Assembly (NCBI RefSeq): GCF_008000775.2
Contig: NZ_CP042905.2
Span: 2,280,001-2,312,000 of the forward strand
Source of the DNA: Promethearchaeum syntrophicum
GTDB lineage: Archaea; Asgardarchaeota; Lokiarchaeia; Sigyniarchaeales; Promethearchaeaceae
Reading direction: 5' to 3'
DNA: 32,000 nt
Both the position numbers and the translations under genes were made by a program. The first letter of the stretch is position 1. Each line of letters opens with the position of its first letter. The notes beneath the pieces were generated by a model. The model was not told the origin of the DNA, made no database searches, and worked only from the letters and a program-made list of their open reading frames with translations. Positions 16,858-27,600 of this stretch are shown here, one piece after another.

Positions 16858-17793
16858 ATGGAATTTTCTGATCTAATGCCAAAATTAACGATTAGGAATA
16901 GGAAGGAAAGAAAATATTACTCATTCATTTACTCATATCGCACACAAAAAGAGAATATAATGAAGCATATAGAAATGGGAATTGGGTATAAAATTCCCGA
17001 AAATGATATTTTAGGAAAAAAAACTGATCATTTCTATTGTTCCATTATTGAAAAGCGTTTCAAAAAAAATTTTGTAATTCTAAAAAATAATTACGAAAAA
17101 TTTCTGGTTAAATATGGTCCACTTCTTTTAGAAAAGGTTTTAAATGATTTTGGAATGGATTTCACTTATAATTCAAATAAAATTGAAGGTTCTACATTAA
17201 ATCGACGTGAATCTTGGTTATTACTCAAAGAAAATATTACTCCTAATCATCGAAAATTTTCCGATGCTTTAGAAATATATACACATATGAAAGTTTACAA
17301 CTTATTATTGGATTCTAAAGAAGAGCTTTCCATGAAATTAATCTTAAAATGGCATGAATTGTTGTATAAGGAAACTAAACATCATGCTGGAACGTTTCGA
17401 GATGTCAATGTAGGAATTTGGGGGAGTGATGTAAAATTTCCCGATTATCAAAATGTAATTTCTTTAATGAAAGAATTGATTGACTGGTACAATCGAAAGA
17501 AAGAGGTCTATCATCCTGTGTTACTAGCAGGATTATTTAAATTCAAATTCGTCAATATTCACCCATTCCAAGATGGGAATGGGAGAATGAGTCGATTACT
17601 TATGAATTATCTCTTATACAAAAATGGCCATCCTATGCTGAATATTGAGTATATAAAGCGAAAAGGATATTATACTGCTCTGGAACGTTCTAATCTGCAG
17701 AAAAATGAATTGATTTTTGTTAATTGGTTCTTTAAATACTACATGAATAATGATTATTTTAGCTATTATTACGGGTCAAATGAGCTAAAATGA
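16858..17793 (+). CDS. Fic-domain protein (AMPylase family) with an internal inhibitory-helix motif
   Basis: 311-aa ORF. Canonical Fic motif HPFQDGNGRMSRLL (HxFx[DE]GNGRxxR). An upstream SNKIEG matches the [ST]xxxE[GN] auto-inhibition motif of class II Fic proteins. Confidence 0.9.
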   Translation: MEFSDLMPKLTIRNRKERKYYSFIYSYRTQKENIMKHIEMGIGYKIPENDILGKKTDHFYCSIIEKRFKKNFVILKNNYEKFLVKYGPLLLEKVLNDFGMDFTYNSNKIEGSTLNRRESWLLLKENITPNHRKFSDALEIYTHMKVYNLLLDSKEELSMKLILKWHELLYKETKHHAGTFRDVNVGIWGSDVKFPDYQNVISLMKELIDWYNRKKEVYHPVLLAGLFKFKFVNIHPFQDGNGRMSRLLMNYLLYKNGHPMLNIEYIKRKGYYTALERSNLQKNELIFVNWFFKYYMNNDYFSYYYGSNELK

Positions 17794-17852
17794 CCGAAAT
17801 TGGCACATAAAAATAAATCAATTTACAAAAAAAAAAAAGTAGATTATTTAAA
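17778..17852. repeat. Dispersed intergenic repeat A, copy 2
   Basis: aaatgagctaaaatgaccgaaattggcacataaaaataaatcaatttacaaaaaaaaaaaagtagattattta matches 11542-11613. It spans the last codons and stop of the Fic gene and the 61-nt gap to the convergent beta-helix gene. Confidence 0.7.
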
Positions 17853-17854
17853 AA

Positions 17855-19759
17855 TTATCTATGTTTTTTACTACTAATTATAATTCCTATTGTTGAAATA
17901 GCAAAAATTGCTAGAAATACTTCCATTGGATAACCTGGAATATTGAAACCTGAGAAGGGGCCATTATTACCTGTGTTCTCTCCATCATTCATAACTAGGG
18001 GATATTCATCAAATATACCTGCCGCAATTTCATATGGTGTATCCCAAACTACACCATTATTGGTAGCATCAGGATAACGTACTTCATAATCCCCCCAATA
18101 ATTTCCAATTGAGCCATTATCCCATTGATTATTATTGGAATCGAAACTATTTGCTTGGTTTTCTTGGTTATTAATAAAATAATTTTCAGTGATTGTTGTG
18201 TTGTTCGAAGATTCCAATTCAATTCCTTCTTTGTTGTTGAATGAACAGTTATTTCCCACGACTGTGTTGTAATTCGATCTTTGCAACCCAATTCCATCAT
18301 TAAAATTGTTTAAACAAGTGTTGTTCGATACTATGTTGTAGTCTGAAGATTCCAGTAAAATTCCATCGTTTGTGATAAATCCCACTGTTTGAGTCATTCC
18401 GTTGTTTGAACAATAATTACCCGAGATCGTATTGTAGTTGGATAAATATAACCTAATTCCCTCATTGTTGTTATTTGCTACAATATTATTCATTATTTTT
18501 ACATTCGAACAAGAAAACAGATAAATTCCATAAAAATAATTATCGTTGATAAAACTACCATTTTCAATTATACAATCCCGAATGATAAGATATGCATCGG
18601 TATGATCAATAACTATTCCATGAGCGGTGCTGGCATCGATTTTATAACCTTCTATTATATAAGGGTCATTGGATGTCCCACTTCCCTCAGAACAAAATGA
18701 TGCGAGTTCCGCATTTCCATTAATAGCAATCGGAGCGTGTATTTCTGCTACAATAGGGGTATTACTCTCTCCATCATTCATAACAAGGGGATATTCATCA
18801 AATACACCTGCTGTGATTTCATAGGGTGTATCCCAAATTATACCATCATTGGTAGCTCCGGGATAACGGACTCTATAATCTCCCCAATAATTTCCAATTG
18901 AGTTAGAGTTATTATACCATTGATTATTATTGGAATCGAAACTATTTGCTTGGTCTTCTAGATTATTAAGAAAGAAATTTTCAGTGATTATTGTGTAGTT
19001 CGAAGATTCCACTTCAATTCCTTCTTTGTTGTTGAATGAACAGTTATTTCCCACGACTGTGTTGAAATTCGATCTTTGTAACCCAATTCCATCATTAAAA
19101 TTGCTTAAACAAGTGTTATTCGATACTGTGTTGTAGTCTGAAGATTCTAGTAAAATTCCATCGTTTGTAATAAATCCAACTATTTGAGTCATTCCGTTAT
19201 TGGAGCAATTATTGCCCGAGATTGTGATGTGATTTGAATCATATATCCTAATTCCTTCATTATTATTATTGGACACTGTATTATTGAAAATTTTTACATT
19301 TGAACAACTAAATAAATGAATACCAAAAAAATAATTATCATCAATAAAACTACCATTTTCAATTATACAGTTTTGAATGGTAAGATAGGCATCGGTATTA
19401 TCGATACATATTCCATGAGCTGTACTAGCATCGATTTCATATCCTTCGATAATATACGGGTCACCAGGTATTCCACTTCCATGAGTACAAAAGGCTGCTA
19501 ATGCTACATTCCCGCTAATCGATATGGGATCATCCCCTATAGCTGAGATCGGAGCATTATTTATCGTTTCTTTATCATTTTCACTTAAAAATTCTTCTTC
19601 ATTTTTAATAATCAAATTTGAATCAAGTAATTTCTGGTCATTAGTATTTGTAATAGGATTATTAACTTCAATAAGATTGGCCATAATAATGACTCCAATA
19701 AAAATTACCTCTATACCAATCATTTTGTTTCTAAATTTACTATTTTTCATATCTTTCAC
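17855..19759 (-). CDS. Secreted right-handed parallel beta-helix (PbH1/NosD-like) repeat protein, internally duplicated, with a C-terminal IPGY-TM-basic anchor
   Basis: 634-aa ORF. N-terminal signal anchor MIGIEVIFIGVIIMANL. Repeated beta-helix rungs (NCIIENG..., SCSNVKIFNNTVSNNNNEGIRIYDSNHITISGNNCSNN..., NTVSNNTCLSNFNDGIGLQRSNFNTVVGNNCSFNNKEGIEVESS). C-terminal NIPGYPMEVFLAIFAISTIGIIISSKKHR. Confidence 0.85.
   Translation of the reverse strand: MKDMKNSKFRNKMIGIEVIFIGVIIMANLIEVNNPITNTNDQKLLDSNLIIKNEEEFLSENDKETINNAPISAIGDDPISISGNVALAAFCTHGSGIPGDPYIIEGYEIDASTAHGICIDNTDAYLTIQNCIIENGSFIDDNYFFGIHLFSCSNVKIFNNTVSNNNNEGIRIYDSNHITISGNNCSNNGMTQIVGFITNDGILLESSDYNTVSNNTCLSNFNDGIGLQRSNFNTVVGNNCSFNNKEGIEVESSNYTIITENFFLNNLEDQANSFDSNNNQWYNNSNSIGNYWGDYRVRYPGATNDGIIWDTPYEITAGVFDEYPLVMNDGESNTPIVAEIHAPIAINGNAELASFCSEGSGTSNDPYIIEGYKIDASTAHGIVIDHTDAYLIIRDCIIENGSFINDNYFYGIYLFSCSNVKIMNNIVANNNNEGIRLYLSNYNTISGNYCSNNGMTQTVGFITNDGILLESSDYNIVSNNTCLNNFNDGIGLQRSNYNTVVGNNCSFNNKEGIELESSNNTTITENYFINNQENQANSFDSNNNQWDNGSIGNYWGDYEVRYPDATNNGVVWDTPYEIAAGIFDEYPLVMNDGENTGNNGPFSGFNIPGYPMEVFLAIFAISTIGIIISSKKHR
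17951..19555. repeat. Tandem duplication of a ~800-bp (~267-aa) beta-helix module
   Basis: Module 1 (~18749-19555) and module 2 (~17951-18748) encode near-colinear sequences, e.g. DPYIIEGYEIDASTAHGICIDNTDAYLTIQNCIIENGSF versus DPYIIEGYKIDASTAHGIVIDHTDAYLIIRDCIIENGSF. Both end in FDEYPLVMNDGE. Confidence 0.85.
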
Positions 19760-20323
19760 TTAAAGATTGTGAATTGAATTAATTATCTTGAATTTCTTCT
19801 TTTATACTGTAAAGAAAATCATTATTGTTTTTTTGACATAATGATAATTATCAAATATTTATAGGGCTATTTAGAATATCTTTTTAATAATTATTTCATG
19901 ATATCGAGGTGATTATTTCACAATATTGTTGAGTTTAGGACCGAAAAATGGGAATAAGGTTAAAAAAGAAGAAATTACAAATACATAAATCGGGATAAGA
20001 GTAAAGTGTATCACTTTGATAACTTTCATTTACTCTCTTTCTCTTATCTCCTATTTTTTTGGTAAATCACAATAATTTTCTTTTATAAGGGCTTTAAAAC
20101 GAGCTTGACACTCTTCATTTGATAATTTATTAAGATCATTTATTTTTTCTTTTGTTTTTTCTCTATTTTGTCATGTTAATGCATATAAAAGATTAAATCA
20201 TTTAAATATTTTCCACGTACTAATTATCCACTCATTTTAATTTGGTTTTTTTCACACACGGTAATTTTAAATAGTGGGTTTAGATGTTACCATTAGAAAA
20301 ATTGATAAAAAAGTTGAGGAAAA

Positions 20324-20974
20324 ATGACACGAATAGAAAAAACAAATAAAATTGATTTAGGTCGAATCTCAATGTATGATTTTAACAGCACTGCTGCGGA
20401 TAAAATTCAAATGGATAATAAAATTGAAGAAATGGATAAATTTTGGGATTCCAATGGAACTTTTGGTGAATTTAACCCTGAAGAGATTAAAATCCGCAAA
20501 GATGATCTCTATGGAAAAATTGGAAAGCTTTATTCGGATATCAATCGTTTAAATAGCGCAATTAGCAAGTGCAAAAATCAGAATAATAAGAATGATAAGA
20601 ATGATAAGAATGATAAGAATGATAAGAATGATGAGGAGGATATTGAAAAAGAGTATATTCACGTTTTACAAAGAGAAAAAAAAGAAAAGGAAGAGGAACT
20701 CACCCTTTTTACCGAAATTGCAGAGAAATGCTGGAATTTATGGAATCCTTTAATGACCCTCAAAAATTTAACCTGGGAAATTAGATATGATGAGTTAAAT
20801 ATTGATCCTGATCATAATAATGCACTGGATAAGGAAAAATATATCCAAGCCTCCATTAAAAAAATTAAAGAAATTCAGATTAAAATTGATCAAGAATTCA
20901 TTCTAGATAAAGACGAATACAGTTATTTCTATACTGACTATCTCGAACTTAAAGAGGATTATCATTTGATCTAA
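20324..20974 (+). CDS. Hypothetical acidic/coiled-coil protein with an (NDK)n tract
   Basis: 216-aa ORF in a clean intergenic context. No recognisable motif apart from the low-complexity NNKNDKNDKNDKNDKNDEED and E/K-rich helices. Confidence 0.55.
   Translation: MTRIEKTNKIDLGRISMYDFNSTAADKIQMDNKIEEMDKFWDSNGTFGEFNPEEIKIRKDDLYGKIGKLYSDINRLNSAISKCKNQNNKNDKNDKNDKNDKNDEEDIEKEYIHVLQREKKEKEEELTLFTEIAEKCWNLWNPLMTLKNLTWEIRYDELNIDPDHNNALDKEKYIQASIKKIKEIQIKIDQEFILDKDEYSYFYTDYLELKEDYHLI
20582..20635 (+). repeat. 9-bp tandem repeat (aatgataag) x ~6, in frame
   Basis: aataataag, then aatgataag x4, then aatgatgag, read directly. It encodes NNK-(NDK)4-NDE. Confidence 0.9.
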
Positions 20975-21032
20975 TAATCTAATAGTCTAATTAATCTCAA
21001 TTTTATAATTTCAAGATGAACTTAAAGAATTC

Positions 21033-21404
21033 ATGCGCAACCATTTATTCGAAAGATATACGTTGAATTTAATTAATCTGATTAATCCTGAACTTATTGT
21101 CTTTAACGGAGTGGATACTTTTAATGTAGTTAGTAAAATCTTTAAAAATAATGTTACAGAAAATGAATTGGATAGAAGTGAGTATCAGACCGAAATCGAA
21201 AGCATCACACAAAAACTACCTGGTATCACACCTTTCTTTTTAAAAGGGAAAATGAAGAATGGAAAAATTAAAATTGTGAAGGATTACGATTTTATGTCAC
21301 TTTATCATACATCAGGAATTGTTAATCCCAACATTCTTGAATATACTAAGGGATTTTTCAAAAAATTTATTCAGAAAGAATATCTTAAGAAACTCGATTT
21401 TTAA
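21033..21404 (+). CDS. Hypothetical protein, possibly a C-terminal fragment of a UDG-superfamily fold (weak)
   Basis: 123-aa ORF. LINLINPELIVFNGVDTF...MSLYHTSG loosely resembles the C-terminal half of family-4/5 uracil-DNA glycosylases (PkvIv.lG..a ... HPS). The N-terminal catalytic motif is absent and there is no room for it upstream. Confidence 0.35.
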   Translation: MRNHLFERYTLNLINLINPELIVFNGVDTFNVVSKIFKNNVTENELDRSEYQTEIESITQKLPGITPFFLKGKMKNGKIKIVKDYDFMSLYHTSGIVNPNILEYTKGFFKKFIQKEYLKKLDF

Positions 21405-21470
21405 TCAAAGATATAAATGGTGAATGAAATTCGGTTAGAAATAAAGTGAAATATTACAAATCAAAAAAAA

Positions 21471-23453
21471 TTATGTGAAAAAATAATTAGTTTCCCACAT
21501 AGTTCGATCCATTGCAAAATCATACCAGATGGTTATCCAAAAGCAAACCATCACTATAATGATACCCCATATTTTTTTGGAACGGAGCGCTTCAAATAAA
21601 GTAACCATTATCAAGATAATAAAAATTAACATGATCGATGGCAGAAAAAGAGTGTTATCCCTAAAATTAACATATTGCATAAATCGTTTAAGGAAAGAGT
21701 AATCTTCATACATCTGGAGACTTTGATTCAGATTGATGGAAATGAACAAGATAAGCCCTAGCGCTACCAATGAGGTGAAACCGTAAACAAATTGAGTTTT
21801 CTTCTTGGATAGAGCTGAAGTTCGCAAGTTCATTGTATTCGATTGATCTGGAGAAAGTGAATGGAATTCCCGAATTATAAATAAATAACCAAGAAAACTT
21901 AGCAGTCCATACACTATACCATGAAATTCCGCAAAAATTAATGCAAGTTTAAAAAACAACAGTGGGAGCAATATCTCGAAATATCCTATGATCATTATTA
22001 TATTTAAGGCATTTACCAATAAACTCCATAAATTTATAACCACTATGATTATTATTCCTGTGGAAACTTGAATTCTGGTAGATTTCTTTAGATATATGCC
22101 AAAAAAAACCCATGTTCCGATATTCAAAGCATTGGAAATACCGAATAATCCCCATTCAATCCATAAATAATACCATGCTTTGTTATCAAAGATAAAATTC
22201 CAATTCGGCATAAAACTGGTGTAAAGAAAACCAGATGAGAAATTCCAGATAGGCACTAACAAGAAAAATAATATAACCCATGGTTTTCGTCGTGGTGGAT
22301 CCTTGGTCCCTCTTAGTTGAAGGATCCTGATTATAACCAGAAGACTAACCAACGTAATAAGAATCCCTAAAACCAGGATTGAGTAATTAAAAACTCTAGA
22401 TGCCAAATCTTGAAATAAAACCCAATCGTCAAAAATGGGATAAAATAGATTAATAATTTGAAGTCCCAAAAGTACGAATGTTGCATTTCGTAGTTGTAGG
22501 GTTCGGTGAACTTGAGATTTTTGCATATTTTTTGAATTTCCATTTCCATCTTTCTCTTGCGTACTCCGAACGTGTTCTTCTGGGGACATTTTCACAATTT
22601 CTCTATTTTTCTCAATTGAGGATATTTCGGGAGTAATTAACCCCTTCTTTTTCCGTATCCTATTAGTTAGAATTAATGAAATGGAAGTAGCAAAGCCGAT
22701 CAACAACGGTGTCAAGGGATTAAGATAATATTTGTAGATAGATGCAAAATTCATATACGTGAATACTTGAGATTCGGTTTGGTGAGTGTGAATGGTAAAA
22801 AAATTGGTTCCGATTCCTCTAAATTCTGTACTTTTGATGTACTTATCATCCCAATATTGAATATGCATTTTACAATCTTCACCTGGTTGTATATTCAAAA
22901 TTGACAGTTGAATGGCAAATTCAGCTATAATATCCCCCTGTCCAGATGATAAAGTATTCGTGCTAACACATTTCACTTTACTTTCATCAATACTCCCACC
23001 CACCGAGATGTCATTTCCAGAAGCCCAAACGATAAAATCTGATGTTCCTACCAGAGATGAAAAATTAATATCCGTGTGTCCTGATCTACCAATAAATTCT
23101 ACATCGTTGATTTTTAGCGCAAATAGAAGATAGTTCGCATCATTCTTAAAATAAAGATCCATCTGCCGATTTGTCTCATAACTCCATACATATGATGTAT
23201 TCTTCACGTTAAACCATATCACTGAATGGTCTGCATCTTCCCACTCTCCCTCCTCCAAAATTCCATCAATTTTTACGGTTTTGGTTGCTTCAGAGGAATT
23301 TATATCATTAATTTCTACAAAACTTGTGCTATCAGCCGCCGCCTTACCCAAAAACAAAACCAAGAAGACAAACGTTGTCGTCAGTGCAATGAACTTAAAT
23401 CTTTTTTTCATTTTTATCTCTTTTTTATCTTTTATCTTTTGTTTTACTTTCAA
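21471..23453 (-). CDS. Large polytopic membrane protein with an N-terminal extracytoplasmic beta-rich (CBM9/DOMON-like?) domain
   Basis: 660-aa ORF. Signal peptide FKFIALTTTFVFLVLFLGKAAA. ~200-aa domain containing KIDGILEEGEWEDADHS (a DG...EW.DA motif typical of CBM9/DOMON-type folds). Then about 10 hydrophobic helices. Confidence 0.75.
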   Translation of the reverse strand: MKVKQKIKDKKEIKMKKRFKFIALTTTFVFLVLFLGKAAADSTSFVEINDINSSEATKTVKIDGILEEGEWEDADHSVIWFNVKNTSYVWSYETNRQMDLYFKNDANYLLFALKINDVEFIGRSGHTDINFSSLVGTSDFIVWASGNDISVGGSIDESKVKCVSTNTLSSGQGDIIAEFAIQLSILNIQPGEDCKMHIQYWDDKYIKSTEFRGIGTNFFTIHTHQTESQVFTYMNFASIYKYYLNPLTPLLIGFATSISLILTNRIRKKKGLITPEISSIEKNREIVKMSPEEHVRSTQEKDGNGNSKNMQKSQVHRTLQLRNATFVLLGLQIINLFYPIFDDWVLFQDLASRVFNYSILVLGILITLVSLLVIIRILQLRGTKDPPRRKPWVILFFLLVPIWNFSSGFLYTSFMPNWNFIFDNKAWYYLWIEWGLFGISNALNIGTWVFFGIYLKKSTRIQVSTGIIIIVVINLWSLLVNALNIIMIIGYFEILLPLLFFKLALIFAEFHGIVYGLLSFLGYLFIIREFHSLSPDQSNTMNLRTSALSKKKTQFVYGFTSLVALGLILFISINLNQSLQMYEDYSFLKRFMQYVNFRDNTLFLPSIMLIFIILIMVTLFEALRSKKIWGIIIVMVCFWITIWYDFAMDRTMWETNYFFT

Positions 23454-23620
23454 CTTATTTGTTAATAAATATTTAGGAAATTTATTTCATATTATCTCAA
23501 CTTCATTTTAAATGATGTGTATTGTCAAAGGGAGATTTTTTTTATATTATTGAATAAACTCCTTGACACGCTCGATTAAAAATTTAAATTTTCAAACAGC
23601 ATTCTTTTATATAGATTTCA

Positions 23621-24628
23621 ATGAACACGGATGATGCAAAGAGACTAAAAAAAATTGCGAGATATCTCCTTCAAATCTCCTTTGTGTTTATCATCGGAAT
23701 CGAATTTCTCCAGATTCCCTTGGCTTCCTGCTTAGATACTTCAAAATTGGGGGAAAGCGGAAAAGTCACCTACGTTGTCGATGGTGATACCTTCGATGTG
23801 GAAAGTGTTGGGAGAGTGCGATTAGCTGATGTGAATACTCCTGAAATGGACACTCAAGCAGGTGTTAATGCGAAAACTTATGTTGCGAGTCTTATAGATC
23901 AAAAAGTGGTTTATCTTGATATCGATGATAAATATGTCACAGGTTATTACGGGAGATATATTGCTGTTGCTTATGTGCCTTATAATTCCACTCATTTAGT
24001 CAATTTAAATCAACTTTTATTAAAAACGGGTTATGCCGAAAAGGCGGATTATGATAATGAGTTTAATCCCACTATTTGGGAAAATAATCCTACGGAATAT
24101 GTTAAAAATCCGAGCATTCCCGACACTCCGGAAAATTCAGATAATCCCGATAATCCCGATAATTCGAATGATTCAAGTTCCAATGTTATTGCAGGGGTAA
24201 TTGTTTTAATAGTTGGAATTCTTTTTCTTAGTGGAGTTTTTCTATTTTATGCAGATAAAAATACTTCTTCTCGATTTATTCCAAAATCTCCTAAGAAATC
24301 TGTTCATCCCAGAGAAAAATTAACGCGTCCAGCAATTTTGAAAACTAAGAGAATCATAAATTCTGAGGAGTCACCACCATCTTCTCGACAAACCTTGTTA
24401 AAGACAGGAAAATTCGGCTATTTAAAGCAGAATGTTGAAGGTATGTTATCGTGGTCATTATGGAAAATTGTTCAAGTGCGAGGAGAGAACAAACGTGTTA
24501 GAAATGCGCCCCCGACTGAAAATTTCTGGAAAATTTGGGGCAAATATAAAAGTTCGATTAAAGAATTAGGATTTTCTCTTTCTAAATATAACGAACGCTG
24601 GCAAGTAAGTCAATGGGAAACTCTCTAG
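23621..24628 (+). CDS. Membrane-anchored staphylococcal-nuclease (SNase/thermonuclease)-like protein
   Basis: 335-aa ORF. N-terminal TM LLQISFVFIIGIEFLQI. SNase core GKVTYVVDGDTFDVESVGRVRLADVNTPE...YGRYIAVAYV...NLNQLLLKTGYAE. Linker PDTPENSDNPDNPDNSND. Second TM VIAGVIVLIVGILFLSGVFLFY. Trp/Lys-rich C-terminal tail of unknown function. Confidence 0.85.
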   Translation: MNTDDAKRLKKIARYLLQISFVFIIGIEFLQIPLASCLDTSKLGESGKVTYVVDGDTFDVESVGRVRLADVNTPEMDTQAGVNAKTYVASLIDQKVVYLDIDDKYVTGYYGRYIAVAYVPYNSTHLVNLNQLLLKTGYAEKADYDNEFNPTIWENNPTEYVKNPSIPDTPENSDNPDNPDNSNDSSSNVIAGVIVLIVGILFLSGVFLFYADKNTSSRFIPKSPKKSVHPREKLTRPAILKTKRIINSEESPPSSRQTLLKTGKFGYLKQNVEGMLSWSLWKIVQVRGENKRVRNAPPTENFWKIWGKYKSSIKELGFSLSKYNERWQVSQWETL

Positions 24629-24691
24629 TAACTTTTACCATCTATATAAAGAAATTAAGATCTCTCATTATTATTTTTTTAAGTAATTTAG

Positions 24692-27600
24692 CTATCCAAT
24701 TGTAAATTTCTTAGTATCTCGTTGTAAGAAAGATGGTATTGGGTTGTTTAATTTCCAAATAAAATCAATTGGTTTACTTCCACTGTGACTTTGATAAGAA
24801 ACTTTTCCTAAATAATGATAGGCAGCAGTTTGTCCATTTTCCTTCTTATATTTCCTAACAAATAACAAAATTGGATGGTCTTCTTTAATATAACGTTGAC
24901 CTTTAGTAGAATCTTCGGGAGTTGTGCTTTGAGATTGCCAATGAAAAAGAGTTTCACTCATAGAATAATCATTATACATTGTTGAAGGAGAGTATTCTTT
25001 TTCAGATTTAATCAGAGTTACAAAAAATAAATCTAATTTCTTTTCTTTAACATATAAAATACCTTCTCTTTGAGAGAATTTTTTTTTTAAAGTACTTTTT
25101 CCAATTCCTGCTAAAATTTGATCAAGAGAATACTTGCAATGAAGATCTAATCCACATGGAAAATCAAGATCAACCTTTTTATCAATAAAATTAATATGTT
25201 CAAAATTATATTCGAGAACTTCAATGATTTCTTCAAATAATATTGGATTGTTTTGCAATTTCATCATTAAATCTCTATATGTATTGATCCCATTATCTTT
25301 CGGAGGTATTTGCCAAAATGTGTAGTAAAACATTAAAAGCCATCCCAATTCCTCTTCGTTTAAATTCGATTCATCAAAATTTTCAACATACTTGAAGGTT
25401 TCTAATAAAAATTGAATCCATCTTCGTGAATTTATATTGATTAACCGAACCAATCCGTTAGATAATTTCTTTTCATCTGGTTCATTAAAATCAGGCTTGA
25501 TACCAGCTGCTACACAAAGCCGGTTCCAACCTCTTTTATTGTTTGTTGTTTTTGAATAGATCTGATATAATTCTAAATCATGATATTCTATAAAATTCTG
25601 CAAAGTTAATTTTAAACCAGTATTATTTTCAAAATTGCGAATTTTCCTTTTTAAGTTTTTAACATCAAAGATTGAACTATTAATATTATCTAAAATATAT
25701 TGTTGAGCTTGTTTTTCTAACATTATATAACATCCTTTGGGAACATGAGGGAATTGGTTTTCAATCTCTTTTTTAATTCCATTTCTTGTTCTTCCTAATA
25801 GTGCACGAAATTTCTTATCGAAATTATATCGTTTATTTTGACTACCTACAAAATCTAACACTGTTAGACATTCTTTTCCTTTAGATATTCGCAATCCTCG
25901 ACCTAATTGTTGAATAAATATTGTTAAACTTTCCGTAGGTCTTAAAAATAAAATGGTATTAACTTCGGGGATATCCACACCTTCATTATAAAGATCCACC
26001 ACAAAAATAAAATGAATTTCCTTTGAAACTAATTTATTTCTTACTTTATGTCGAACCTCTTTTGAGCTATTTGCATTTAGATCTATTGATGGGATACCAT
26101 TTTCAGTAAATTTTTCAGCCATAAATTTCGCATGTTTTACTCCAACACAGAAACCAATTCCGATAATATCATTTAAATTAGAAGTATATTTATCTATTGC
26201 ACTGATAATTAGTTCAACACGTGTGATATTACTTATATATAATTCTTCGAGTTCAGATTTATCATATCCCCCTCTTGACCATTTAAGATCTGAGAGTTTT
26301 ACGGAATCCGAGACACCAAAGTAATGAAATGGAGAAAGTAACTGTCGATTTATTGCTTCTTTTAATCTTAATTCTGATGCTATTCTGTCATCAAAATACT
26401 CCAAAACATCTTTTCCATCCATTCGTTCTGGAGTTGCTGTCAATCCTAATAGAATTTTTGGATTATAATAACCTAAAATTTTTTTATAAGTTTTAGCTGC
26501 AGCATGATGGAATTCATCAATGATAATAAAATCATAAAAATTTTTCGTTGTAATTTCTTCAATATCTTTTGCATTAAAAGTTTGAACGGATACAAATAAA
26601 TGATCGATATTTCCATCAAGAGGTTTATACCCTCCTACCCAAAGTTCCCCAAAATTTTCATTTCTAAGTACTTGTCGAAAACAATCTCGACTTTGTTTTA
26701 AAATTTCTTCGCGATGGGCAATAAACAATAACCGATTTATTTGTTTTGGATTATTTTGGCAGTAATTCTTGTAATCAAATGCAGATATTACTGTTTTTCC
26801 GGTCCCTGTTGCTGCTACGACCAGATTTCTATATTTATTATGGATTATTCTTTCTGATTCCAATTTATCAAGGATTTCTTGTTGATATGGATAAAGTTGT
26901 AAATCGAAATGAAAACTTGTTGGAACTGCTTGTTTTGCAACTTCTGGGCCATATTTTTCTTTTAAAAGCGCAAATTTTAATTTTTCTCCGTTTTTCTCAA
27001 TATCAAATAATTCAAATTCATTATCATTCCAATATGATTCAAAAGTTCCATTAATTTTCTTAAACAGATCTTTTTCAGAATATTCACTAATTTTTACATT
27101 CCATTCTAAGCCACTCGTAATTGCTGTTCTTGACAAGTTTGCAGAACCAATATACACAGTACTAAATCCTGTGTTTCGATAAAAATGGTATGCTTTTGCA
27201 TGTAAACGAGTTTGGGTGGTGTTGAATGATATTTTTATTTCTGTATTAGGGAGCTGTGATAAATTCTCTATCGCTTTATAATCAGAAGCACCCATATAGC
27301 TAGTTGTTATCAATCGAATTTTTCCATTTCTTTGTGTAAAATTTTTTAATTCATCAAAAATAAGGCGTAATCCGCTCCATCTAATAAACGAAACTAACAT
27401 ATCTACTCTATTTGCACTTGTGATTTCTTTCTTCAATTCATTTAATAATTCAGGATCTTCTTCTGCTCCAGTCAGTAGGGAATTTTGAGCGTATGGCGTT
27501 GTTGATCTTGATATTTGCTTGAAATTTGAGTTTTCATTGGTTTGGGAAACGTTATCAAGAACCGTAAATAACATCTCTGCTTCTTCAGATATTAAGTAAT

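Noticed and set aside
21033-21404. Calling this ORF a uracil-DNA glycosylase
   Set aside because: Only a loose resemblance to the C-terminal half of UDG-superfamily proteins is present. The N-terminal catalytic motif is absent and HTSG replaces HPS. It is kept as a hypothetical protein with a low-confidence note.
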